Shown here piece by piece: positions 18,090 to 26,928 of a stretch of DNA of 64,000 nucleotides. Positions within the stretch are counted from its first letter, which is position 1; every line of letters starts with the position of its first letter. The position numbers were made by a program, and so were the translations under genes. The stretch comes from Nitrospinaceae bacterium (lineage in GTDB: Bacteria > Nitrospinota > Nitrospinia > Nitrospinales > Nitrospinaceae), in the NCBI GenBank assembly GCA_965237905.1, contig OZ250172.1, positions 1,056,001-1,120,000 on the forward strand. The letters run 5' to 3'. The notes under the pieces are model-generated. The model saw only the letters and a program-made list of their open reading frames with translations, made no database searches and had not been told where the DNA came from.

Positions 18090-19124
18090 CTACTCGTCCA
18101 TGGGAACCCAATCCGGCTCCCAAGACAGACACAACCCGGAGGGATTGTGAAACTGTTTTTCCTCATTACCCACCGATCCCCATTTGGCGACAAAATTCAA
18201 ATCCGGATCGAACTTTTGAATTCGATGGTTCAGCGTATCGACGACAAACACAAACCCGTAGGGGTCTTCAACCACCGCCATCGGGCAGTTGAACTGGCCG
18301 TCGCGTTTTCCGAATTCGCCAACGACCCGGATAAAGTTTCCTTCGCGATCGAATAACTGCATCCGGTTCTGGCTTTTTTCCACCACCAGCAGGGTGCCGT
18401 CGTTGCGTACGGTCAAATCGCAGGGAAAATTGAAACGCCCTTCCTCAAACCCGTACTCGCCGAACTTGGACAGAAACTGTCCCTCTTCATTGAAAATCTG
18501 GACGCGCTGGTTGTCGCGGTCGGCCACATAAATATTGCCCTCCTGATCCACCGCGACACCCGTGGGAAATTTACAGAACCCGTCAAAGTCTCCCGGAAAA
18601 CCGAACCCCAGCAGATATTCGCCGTCGTCGTCATACCGCTTGAGGGAATGGTTATGGGTATCGGCCACCAGGATGGTTCCTCCGGGTTCGGCAAGGATAG
18701 CCTCCGGCCAGTAGAACTTTTCCTGTCCCCAACCCTCGGTTCCCACCGAAAGAATAAAATCGCCTTCCGAATCGAATTTCTGGATGCGGTGGCACCCGGT
18801 ATCCGCCACCCAGACATTGCCTTCCTTGTCCACCGCCACGTCGAAGGGTCCCTTGAACACGCCTTCGCGATAAGGCGGCCGGGTACCGGCAGATTTACCG
18901 AACTGGAACAGATATTTGCCGTTACCGTCGAACTTCTGGATGCGGTCGTTCCCGGAATCCGCCACCCAGATATACAATTTGGAGTGATCGACATCCGCCC
19001 ATTTCGGTTGCTCTTCGGGAAGAATCTCTTCCGCCCCCTCGATCACCTCCAGGGTACCGGTACCGACAGACTCCTCGGTGTCTTCTTGGTTCACTGAATC
19101 CTGCTCTAAATCATCTTGCGCCAT
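18090..19124 (-). CDS. NHL-repeat six-bladed beta-propeller protein
   Basis: Repeated F..P..VAVD..G..VAD..N.RIQKFD. Confidence 0.92.
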   Translation of the reverse strand: MAQDDLEQDSVNQEDTEESVGTGTLEVIEGAEEILPEEQPKWADVDHSKLYIWVADSGNDRIQKFDGNGKYLFQFGKSAGTRPPYREGVFKGPFDVAVDKEGNVWVADTGCHRIQKFDSEGDFILSVGTEGWGQEKFYWPEAILAEPGGTILVADTHNHSLKRYDDDGEYLLGFGFPGDFDGFCKFPTGVAVDQEGNIYVADRDNQRVQIFNEEGQFLSKFGEYGFEEGRFNFPCDLTVRNDGTLLVVEKSQNRMQLFDREGNFIRVVGEFGKRDGQFNCPMAVVEDPYGFVFVVDTLNHRIQKFDPDLNFVAKWGSVGNEEKQFHNPSGLCLSWEPDWVPMDE

Positions 19125-19312
19125 TGGATATCTTTCCTGTGGCCGGTACCGATGACCGGTGCGGCCTTGTCCTGATTACTAAAGACTCTTCTAAACGAAA
19201 ACGGAAGCCGGTGAAGGCTTCCGCATTGTATGTGTTCCCGGCTCAATCACAAGCCAGTATTTATATACCACACCCATCATGGGAAAAACCTTCAGGACTC
19301 CCCATTCCAGCC

Positions 19313-19927
19313 TTATTCCACCATGAATTTTTTCACATCCAGAATCTGGTACTCGAAGTCACAGGCGCCCTGCAATTCATCCAGACGCGCATTCCATTCG
19401 CGCTTGAAGTTATCCAGATTTTCCATGTTGGGTTTTTTCTTCATCAAGCCAACTTCCTTGTACACCGGCTTGACGAGATTTTTGTGGATTTCCTGAATCA
19501 CGTTGCGGACACGGATAATACAATCCTTGGTAACCGTCTCGCGGGTCACGCCATCTACTTTTTCCAGCAAACGCAGGAAGCCTTGAACGGAGCCGAGATG
19601 CTTGAGGTAGGCTTCCGCCAGCATGTGGTTGTATTTCAAACCGCAATCAATGTAACCGGCCATCAGATAAACGCCAACATGATGATCGAACTGCACCGAC
19701 AGGGTGATGAGTTTTTGGAGATAATCAACCTCACGGAGATCCTCTTCATCTTCCTCACCTTCCTTAAGCTCTTTCGCCGCTTTGGCTTTCTCGGCTTCCA
19801 GCTCTTTTTTTATTTTTTCCAGTTCGGAAAGGTCGCCTATAGGATCTTCCTGCCGCTGATTGTCCTCGGCATCCGCAGCCTCTTGTTGGTCCTTTACTTC
19901 TTCTGTATTGGTCTCTTGTTCGCTCAA
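19313..19927 (-). CDS. Hypothetical helical protein with an acidic/coiled-coil N-terminus
   Basis: AAGGAG RBS, TTG start, charged coiled-coil. Confidence 0.7.
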   Translation of the reverse strand: MSEQETNTEEVKDQQEAADAEDNQRQEDPIGDLSELEKIKKELEAEKAKAAKELKEGEEDEEDLREVDYLQKLITLSVQFDHHVGVYLMAGYIDCGLKYNHMLAEAYLKHLGSVQGFLRLLEKVDGVTRETVTKDCIIRVRNVIQEIHKNLVKPVYKEVGLMKKKPNMENLDNFKREWNARLDELQGACDFEYQILDVKKFMVE

Positions 19928-20175
19928 TGCCTTATCTCCTTCAAAGAAACAATAATCCGCCGGAGTGCTTCCGAAAATATATTCAAAATTAACGGTTTAG
20001 ACGATTTTTGTGGAATCAGTCGGATTATATAGGTTTCCCGTCAAGAGTGTCAAGACAATAAGCCCCACGCTTTCACAGGTTTTTCACAATGGGGTTCCAT
20101 GTAAAACCCTTTGTCCCTTAAGAACTTATACGCGATCTGCCGAGTGGCAAAAAGCTCAAAAACCCAAACCCCTGA

Positions 20176-20205
20176 TTGACAGGGAGGAGGCCCCTCAACT
20201 ATGAT
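20176..20205 (+). promoter_or_regulatory. Sigma-70-type promoter
   Basis: TTGACA-N18-TATGAT upstream of the radical SAM gene. Confidence 0.55.
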
Positions 20206-20246
20206 GAATCTCAACAAATTCCAACTATTGAGCCGAAAGTCCCATC

Positions 20247-22058
20247 ATGAAAACAGCGTTGATTTTTCCACCGCAATGGTTTCCCAGCCAGCCTTATCTG
20301 GCTCTGCCGACACTGACCGCCTTTCTTCAGCACCACGGCCATGCGGTGGATCAATTTGATTTTAATATCGAAAGTTACGACACCTTCCTCCACCGTAGTT
20401 ACCTGGAGGAATGCCTGGGGAAAATCAAAGAACGCCTCAACCAGCCCGCCTACACGCCAGAGGAAAATGAAATCAAAGGGGTGTACCGGGAAATCCTGGG
20501 CGACACCGATTTTCTGGAATCCGTTCTGGACGGTGTGGAGGATGCCAAGAACGCTCTGAGAACCGAGGAGATGTTTTTCCAGTTCCCGGTTTACAAGCGG
20601 GCTTACACCACCCTGAAGGTGGCCATGCAGTTGATCTCCTACGCACATTTCCCGACCAAGGTGGACCTGGAATCGTTTTTCATGCAAGGCAATCCGGAGG
20701 AAAACCTGGAAGGGATTCTGCAAGCCACGGCGGACCCGGTCACCAACCCGTACCTCACTTTGTTTGAAAATCAGATGCTGTCCAAGGCGCCGTGGGACGA
20801 ATACGGCTTGGTGGGCATCTCGATCATTCACGTCGGACAGGTGATTGCCGGTTTAACGCTGGCCCGCCTGCTCCGCGAGAAGCACCCGCACCTTCACATC
20901 TGCATCGGCGGCAGTGTCTTCACCCGGCATTCCGGTATCATGGAAAACAAACAGGTTCTGTTTGAAAAAATATTTCACAGCATCATCCAATTCGAAGGCG
21001 AATACCCCCTGCTGAAACTGGTGGAACAACTCAAAGCCGGCGGCTCTTTGAGCGAGGTGCCGAATCTGACGTATCTCGATCAGGGCAAGGTGATCACCAA
21101 TGCCAAATCCGAGTCTCTCCCCTATGATCAACTGGTGCGGCCGACGTTCGACCAACTGCCGCTCGAAAAATATCTGATGCCCTACCCTGTCCTGCCCTAC
21201 ATGGCCAGCCGGGGATGTTACTGGGGCAAGTGCACATTTTGCACTCATAGCCACATCTACGACTCCTATTACCGTAAGGATAATGAGGAGCGCGTGGCGC
21301 TCGATCTCGATTACCTGGGCAAACGGTACGGCACGCGCTACTTCACCTTCTCGGATGAGGCCATTTCACCCAACGCGTTCAAGCGCATGTCCTATTCCGT
21401 GCTCAAGCACAAGGTGGACATGAGGGCGCTGGGCATGATCAAATTCGAGGCCGACACTGTCGAAAGCGAAGATCTGTTCAAGGATATGTTTGAGGCGGGA
21501 TTTATCATGTTGTTCTTCGGGCTGGAGAGCGCCAACGACCGCGTGCTGTCGATCATCGACAAAGGCTGTGACCAGAAAACCGAAGAAATGGTCCTCGAAA
21601 ACAGTTCGCGCGCCGGCATCTGGAATCATTTGTACCTGTTCTTCGGTTTTCCCACTGAGGAGCGGGAGGAGGCGGAAGACACCATCCAGTTCACCGTCGA
21701 TCATGGAGAACGGGGGTCGGGGTCTATCCATTCGGTCGGGCAATCGACTTTTACGTTGGAAAAGGACTCGGCCATCTTCCACAATCCGCAAAAATTTTCG
21801 ATCGACCGCATCCTGCACGACCCGGACCGCGACATGGCGATCATCTTCGATTACGAAATACAAAAGGGCATGCCGCGCAAGGAAATCATGGAAGTGTACG
21901 AACGGTTCGATGAGGTGCTGGAGGAACAGTTCCCCTCCCGCAAAATCTGGAATTACCTGTCGCGGGAGCATTTTCTGCTCTACCTGGACCGGTTCGGACG
22001 GGAAGAACTGTTGAAAATGGCACAGGACGAGGCGGTGACCGAAACGGTGGGGGCCTGA
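20247..22058 (+). CDS. B12-binding-domain radical SAM enzyme
   Basis: IFPP..PYLAL, ICIGG, FEGE, SRGCYWGKCTFC, FGLESA and FFGFPTE motifs. Confidence 0.9.
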   Translation: MKTALIFPPQWFPSQPYLALPTLTAFLQHHGHAVDQFDFNIESYDTFLHRSYLEECLGKIKERLNQPAYTPEENEIKGVYREILGDTDFLESVLDGVEDAKNALRTEEMFFQFPVYKRAYTTLKVAMQLISYAHFPTKVDLESFFMQGNPEENLEGILQATADPVTNPYLTLFENQMLSKAPWDEYGLVGISIIHVGQVIAGLTLARLLREKHPHLHICIGGSVFTRHSGIMENKQVLFEKIFHSIIQFEGEYPLLKLVEQLKAGGSLSEVPNLTYLDQGKVITNAKSESLPYDQLVRPTFDQLPLEKYLMPYPVLPYMASRGCYWGKCTFCTHSHIYDSYYRKDNEERVALDLDYLGKRYGTRYFTFSDEAISPNAFKRMSYSVLKHKVDMRALGMIKFEADTVESEDLFKDMFEAGFIMLFFGLESANDRVLSIIDKGCDQKTEEMVLENSSRAGIWNHLYLFFGFPTEEREEAEDTIQFTVDHGERGSGSIHSVGQSTFTLEKDSAIFHNPQKFSIDRILHDPDRDMAIIFDYEIQKGMPRKEIMEVYERFDEVLEEQFPSRKIWNYLSREHFLLYLDRFGREELLKMAQDEAVTETVGA

Positions 22059-22082
22059 AATCCGCGTTCAGGTGACGGACAT

Positions 22083-22760
22083 ATGGAACTGCTACCTTCG
22101 ATCGCTGGTTTATTGGTCGCTCTCGGTGGGCCGCCTCTCGTCGCGCTGTACGGAACGCGTACCGCTTCCAAGCCAGCTTCCCTTACGACCAACCTCTTGT
22201 GCCAACTTGCGCTGTTGGGGCTCCTCCTGGCGATTGTACTAATTGTCTTGGTGTGGGAACAGGCGCCGCTGTCCTCGCTTGGCCTTCGTGGTGTCGACCT
22301 CTCCACGTTCACCTGGGCAGCCGGAGTCGCTGCGCTTTTCATCTTCGTGCTGGGCCCGATCATCGTGCGAATGCCAAAATGGTTGAGTCAGCCCGGATTT
22401 GAGAAGCCGCTTGGCGATCTACAGAAGTTGCCTGTGTGGTACCTGATCCTAGCCGTCTTCATCGGTGGATCGGTTGAGGAATTGCTCTACCGCGGCTTTG
22501 CAATCGAGCATCTGGCGCATATTATTGGAAGCGACTGGCTCGCTGCTGCCACCGTCATCGCGATGTTCGGCCTGGCCCATGTTCCGTTATGGGGCTGGGC
22601 ACCTGCGCTGACGGCGACATTCTCGGGCGCTGTTCTGACGATCTTCTATCTGTGGCATCGCGATCTCGTCGCAAATATCTTGGCGCATGTGACAACCGAC
22701 TTCGTGGGCATTGTTCTTCCTGTGCTTCTGGCAAAAACGCGGCGGACGGCATCGCAATAG
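22083..22760 (+). CDS. CPBP (Abi/CAAX) intramembrane metalloprotease
   Basis: EELLYRG, FGLAH and ILAH motifs. Confidence 0.9.
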   Translation: MELLPSIAGLLVALGGPPLVALYGTRTASKPASLTTNLLCQLALLGLLLAIVLIVLVWEQAPLSSLGLRGVDLSTFTWAAGVAALFIFVLGPIIVRMPKWLSQPGFEKPLGDLQKLPVWYLILAVFIGGSVEELLYRGFAIEHLAHIIGSDWLAAATVIAMFGLAHVPLWGWAPALTATFSGAVLTIFYLWHRDLVANILAHVTTDFVGIVLPVLLAKTRRTASQ

Positions 22761-23002
22761 CTTATCGTTGAGCGATGTCGCGCCTGTCCGCTTCGGGTCG
22801 TTTTGAGCCGTTCGCATCACTGGCACCGACCGTCGGCAAGTGTCCCTTACGAAACGAATCGTCCTTTTCACATCACTAAGGGATCTTGTTGGCAGGCCGT
22901 CTCACCATCTTGGAATCGACCTTGACGGAGAAAGTCACTGAGACCCGCGTTCATCGGGCTCCTACCGGGGTCGCTCTGGGCAGAAAAGGTTGAGATTCCC
23001 AT

Positions 23003-23032
23003 TTGACATGCACCCGATGGATAACCTAGAAT
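23003..23032 (+). promoter_or_regulatory. Sigma-70-type promoter
   Basis: TTGACA-N18-TAGAAT. Confidence 0.55.
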
Positions 23033-23084
23033 CAGAGCCATCCAAATTTATTTAATTTTTTGAGCATTTGAGAGGACCGAAGTT

Positions 23085-24191
23085 ATGGCGGATATTGATG
23101 TCAATGAGGATTTTAACCCTCAGGAGTTCCGGGAAAAACAGGAAAGCAAAAAGCAGTCGGATTTGATCACGATGAAAATCCATCCTGAAATCTGGGATGA
23201 ACTGGGAGTGCGCGACCCGGAGCAGATCAAGCTGGAAACCGCCATCATGAAAAAAACCCGGCAGATCAAAAAAGAACTCCGGACCGATCCCGACAACCTG
23301 GACAAGCAGGTGGAACTGGGCACCCTTTACATCGACGGGGGTAACTACGAAGATGCCATCAAAATGGTCCGGGCCGTAGTCAGTAAAGATCCCAAACATG
23401 CCCGCGCCCGTAAAGTCCTCGGCACCGGCTACGCGCTCAGCAACCAGGAAGATGAAGCCATCCGGGAACTCAACCGCGCGATAGAACTGGACCCCGACGA
23501 TGCTGAAACTCATTTCAACCTCGGTGGGGTGTACATGTTGCAGGACTCGTTTGGCAACGCAGAGCAGGAATTCAAGAAAGTGGCCAAGCTGGATCCATCG
23601 GATACCACCGCCTACGCCAATCTGGCCGCCGCGTACAACATGCAGAAAAATCACCTGGAAGAAATCCGGACATTGAAAAAAGTGCTGATGTTCGATCCGG
23701 AAAACAAGGAACTGCGCTCCGCCCTGAGCAACGCCTATTTTCATGTGGGCGATTTCGACGAATCACTCACCAGCGCCCTGTGCGTCATCGAACTGGATGA
23801 AAAGGACCCGCAGGCCTACTGCAACCTGGGAAGTATCTATTCCGCCCAGAACATGGTGGAAGAAGCGGTGGAAGCGTTCCAGAAAGCCATCGAGATGGAC
23901 CCGGAGTATTCGCTCCCGCACACCAATCTGGGAAGTTTGTACGGAACCATCGGGCGAGTCGAAAGCGCCATCAAGGAATTCAAAAAAGCCACCAGCCTCA
24001 ACTCCGGGGATGCCGAGGCCTGGCTGAATCTGTACCATTCCTATAAAGAAATCGGACGGCAGGAAGACGCCACCAAGGCCTATCAGAAGTTCGAAACGCT
24101 GACCAAGGCACCCGCACCCGGCGGCGGTAAAACTGAATTCTCCGGTGTTCCCGGCGGCGTGTCCACCACCGGCGATACGGCGGGTGAATAG
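23085..24191 (+). CDS. Multi-TPR protein
   Basis: About 8 repeats of the type AHFNLG..Y...A...F.KA..LDP. Confidence 0.92.
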   Translation: MADIDVNEDFNPQEFREKQESKKQSDLITMKIHPEIWDELGVRDPEQIKLETAIMKKTRQIKKELRTDPDNLDKQVELGTLYIDGGNYEDAIKMVRAVVSKDPKHARARKVLGTGYALSNQEDEAIRELNRAIELDPDDAETHFNLGGVYMLQDSFGNAEQEFKKVAKLDPSDTTAYANLAAAYNMQKNHLEEIRTLKKVLMFDPENKELRSALSNAYFHVGDFDESLTSALCVIELDEKDPQAYCNLGSIYSAQNMVEEAVEAFQKAIEMDPEYSLPHTNLGSLYGTIGRVESAIKEFKKATSLNSGDAEAWLNLYHSYKEIGRQEDATKAYQKFETLTKAPAPGGGKTEFSGVPGGVSTTGDTAGE

Positions 24192-24334
24192 CGGGGTAGC
24201 CCCCCGCTGGCAACTGGCTAACAGTTAACGGCAAGCGATGCATCTTGGAGCGCATTTAAAAATTAGATGTTCTCCGCGCCCTCTGTGGTAAATTCTACCC
24301 TCTGATCTACTATCTTCACTGATGCAAAGGTCTG

Positions 24335-25714
24335 ATGGCCCGTACGGATTCACAACTTCTGCCGCTCGGCGATTTCAAACCCTCGGATGAGTGGCAGACG
24401 CACGTCAATGCCATTTTCTACGGGATCAAGGGTCCCGCAATCCATCACCATTTCCAGACTTACGTTAGCCGCGATTACCGGCTGGCACATGCTCTTGCTG
24501 ACGGGTTTCTGAAGGATGTTCAGGAACGCGGCCCGGCCGACGGTCCGATCCATATTCAAGAATGGGGCGTCGGCAACGGCAACCTGGCGGCGCGTTTCCT
24601 GGCGCGCCTGAAATCCGCCGATACCGATCAGACGGTCTACCCGCGCATCCACTACACGCTGTGTGACTACTCCGAGGAAATTTTAAATGGCGTGCGCGCC
24701 AACCCGAATCTGCAGGAACATGAAGGCCGTTATTTTTTGAAGCGGGTCAACGCGGAAACGCAGGACGATTTCGAACCGCACTCGGTGCATAAAATCATCT
24801 CCAACGAAATCTGGGACGATCTTGCGACAAGCGTCTTGCTCAAAAACGACGGCATGCTGTACGAGGAGTACCTGCAACCGCTCCTGCCGCAGAACATCCC
24901 GAACATTCTCTCGCTCGTCGAGCAGTTCAGCGAAAAGAATCTGGATGCGCTGAAAAGCCATCCGCCGTTTCTGGAAGATATCGTGTGGGAACGCAGTTTC
25001 CAGCGCACCGATATCTCGGACTGGCCATACGGCGAAGTCATCCTGAAACATCTGGACCGGCTGGAGGACGAAATCCTCATCCCTGTCAACACCGGCGCAT
25101 TTCAAACCGTCGAGCGGGCACAACGCATGCTCGCCGAAAATAATCTGGGATACACCTCGCTCGATTACGGCATGCTGTCCGATCACGAACTCAACTGGCG
25201 GGGCCGCCCCTATTACAAACTGTACGGCGGACAGTACACCTCGATGGTGAACTTTCCGTTGATCGCGGAGGTGGCACAAGCGGTCGGGTTCGCCGACGTT
25301 CAGTGGGAGCATCAACACGATTTTGTCGGACGCAATCTATCGGAGAACGTGTTGAGTGCCTTGGAGCTGGTGCAGGTTCATCCCAAAATTTCACGCATGG
25401 AGCCGTGGGACGCGGACCTCCTGATGCTTCAGACCCTGCAGGCGTTGAACGCCTCGTACCGGAGTCCCTACAAGAGCCAAATGGATTATCCCCCTATGCC
25501 CGGCACCCCCAAGAAACAGCGCAAACAGATCGCCGAGCTGGCGAAAAACCTGAGCGCCACCGGCGTACCGGATACCGTGGCCTACATCACAGAAAGCGAA
25601 GTGACCGACTCCACCGGACGCCTCAAAAAACTCGGCTACGGCGAACGCGATTTGAAAGCCGCATTCGATCGCACCACCCAACCCATCGCCTTCGGCCACA
25701 TGACTTTGCGGTAA
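24335..25714 (+). CDS. SAM-dependent methyltransferase, MidA/NDUFAF7-like, with a C-terminal extension
   Basis: EWGVGNG motif I, ISNEIWDDL, LDYG and TSMVNF. Confidence 0.72.
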   Translation: MARTDSQLLPLGDFKPSDEWQTHVNAIFYGIKGPAIHHHFQTYVSRDYRLAHALADGFLKDVQERGPADGPIHIQEWGVGNGNLAARFLARLKSADTDQTVYPRIHYTLCDYSEEILNGVRANPNLQEHEGRYFLKRVNAETQDDFEPHSVHKIISNEIWDDLATSVLLKNDGMLYEEYLQPLLPQNIPNILSLVEQFSEKNLDALKSHPPFLEDIVWERSFQRTDISDWPYGEVILKHLDRLEDEILIPVNTGAFQTVERAQRMLAENNLGYTSLDYGMLSDHELNWRGRPYYKLYGGQYTSMVNFPLIAEVAQAVGFADVQWEHQHDFVGRNLSENVLSALELVQVHPKISRMEPWDADLLMLQTLQALNASYRSPYKSQMDYPPMPGTPKKQRKQIAELAKNLSATGVPDTVAYITESEVTDSTGRLKKLGYGERDLKAAFDRTTQPIAFGHMTLR

Positions 25715-25819
25715 ATCACCCCGCCTCTTGTTTCCCATGAAAATTCGTCGTTTCAAACTCCCAATACCGGGCCGGAACGGGTATGATGTGGGGTAATCAC
25801 CCTTTTGGACGTTTTCGTT

Positions 25820-26839
25820 ATGCTCAGTATTTTTGTCGAGGTCAGTTGCGGTCGTTACCTGAAGGACGAGTGCACCTTCTGCCACGTCTACGAACCGCTC
25901 ATGCAGATGCCGAAATCCGACTGGCACCTGACCCCCGCCCAGGCGCAATTGATGGCGGATAAAATCCGGCAAGTGGAAGTGCTGAACACCCTGGCCCAGC
26001 ACGAGATCAACCTGACCGGCGGCGAGGCGTCGCAGAATCCCGAAATCGTCGACATCTTCAAAATTTTCAAAGCCGTCACCCCCAACGTCTGCCTGCACAC
26101 CAACCTCGATATCAAGTCGGAAGAAACCAAACGCTGGCAGAAGCTGGTGGAGATCATGCAGCTCGGCGGGCGCATCGACATCACCCTCTACCCGACGGTG
26201 TGGGAAGAACGGCAAAAACCGTTACTTGCGGAGATGATGACCCTGCAGAACAAACTGCTGGTCAATGTGGTCTTCGAATCAGTGACCGATCTCGCCATGC
26301 AGTTGGGCCTGCTGGTGGATTTTTTCAGTACCGTGAAACCGGAGGTTCCGGAGATCGCGACTCTGCTCGACGAGTATCTCGGCAAGGTCCAATACCTGGT
26401 GGAACACAACCCCAACTGCGACGAGACGATTTACACGACGCACATGGGAGATACCGGATCGTTCACGCGGTCGGGGGATTTTATTTTCGGGATCAATTTA
26501 TTACCGGCGTTCGGAATGGACGAACAGGGACGGCGCGCCATGACATCCAATCCGTTTCCGAAAAACACCTACCTGTTGGAATGCGTCGCGGCGCGGGGGT
26601 CCATCGAAATCATGACGGTCCAGCAGAACGGCAACATGACGCCCTGCTGTGACGTTGGCAACCTGAAGTGCCTGCCGACCTTCGGTAATTTATTTGAAGA
26701 TTCGCCCGAGGAAATCGAGACGAAGTTCGAGGCATCACGCCGGAAGATCGAGGCGGGGATTCATAAAAACAAGGTCAACCTCAAGAGCGAGAAAGCGGGA
26801 CAATGGGTGGAGGAAGGCATCCCGCCCTATTGCCTGTAA
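25820..26839 (+). CDS. Radical SAM enzyme with a SPASM/twitch-like C-terminus
   Basis: CGRYLKDECTFC, LTGGE, HTN and C...TV..NGN.TPCC...FGNL motifs. Confidence 0.8.
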   Translation: MLSIFVEVSCGRYLKDECTFCHVYEPLMQMPKSDWHLTPAQAQLMADKIRQVEVLNTLAQHEINLTGGEASQNPEIVDIFKIFKAVTPNVCLHTNLDIKSEETKRWQKLVEIMQLGGRIDITLYPTVWEERQKPLLAEMMTLQNKLLVNVVFESVTDLAMQLGLLVDFFSTVKPEVPEIATLLDEYLGKVQYLVEHNPNCDETIYTTHMGDTGSFTRSGDFIFGINLLPAFGMDEQGRRAMTSNPFPKNTYLLECVAARGSIEIMTVQQNGNMTPCCDVGNLKCLPTFGNLFEDSPEEIETKFEASRRKIEAGIHKNKVNLKSEKAGQWVEEGIPPYCL

Positions 26840-26859
26840 CCGGGCAACGCCCGTAGGAT

Positions 26860-26903
26860 AAAAAACGGCGGGACCCTGATGGCTATCAGGATTCCGCCGT
26901 TTT
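26860..26903. terminator. Bidirectional terminator
   Basis: AAAACGGCGGGA-CCTGAT...ATCAGG-TTCCGCCGTTTT. Confidence 0.75.
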
Positions 26904-26928
26904 GAGATTTTTCGGTTAACGAAAACTT

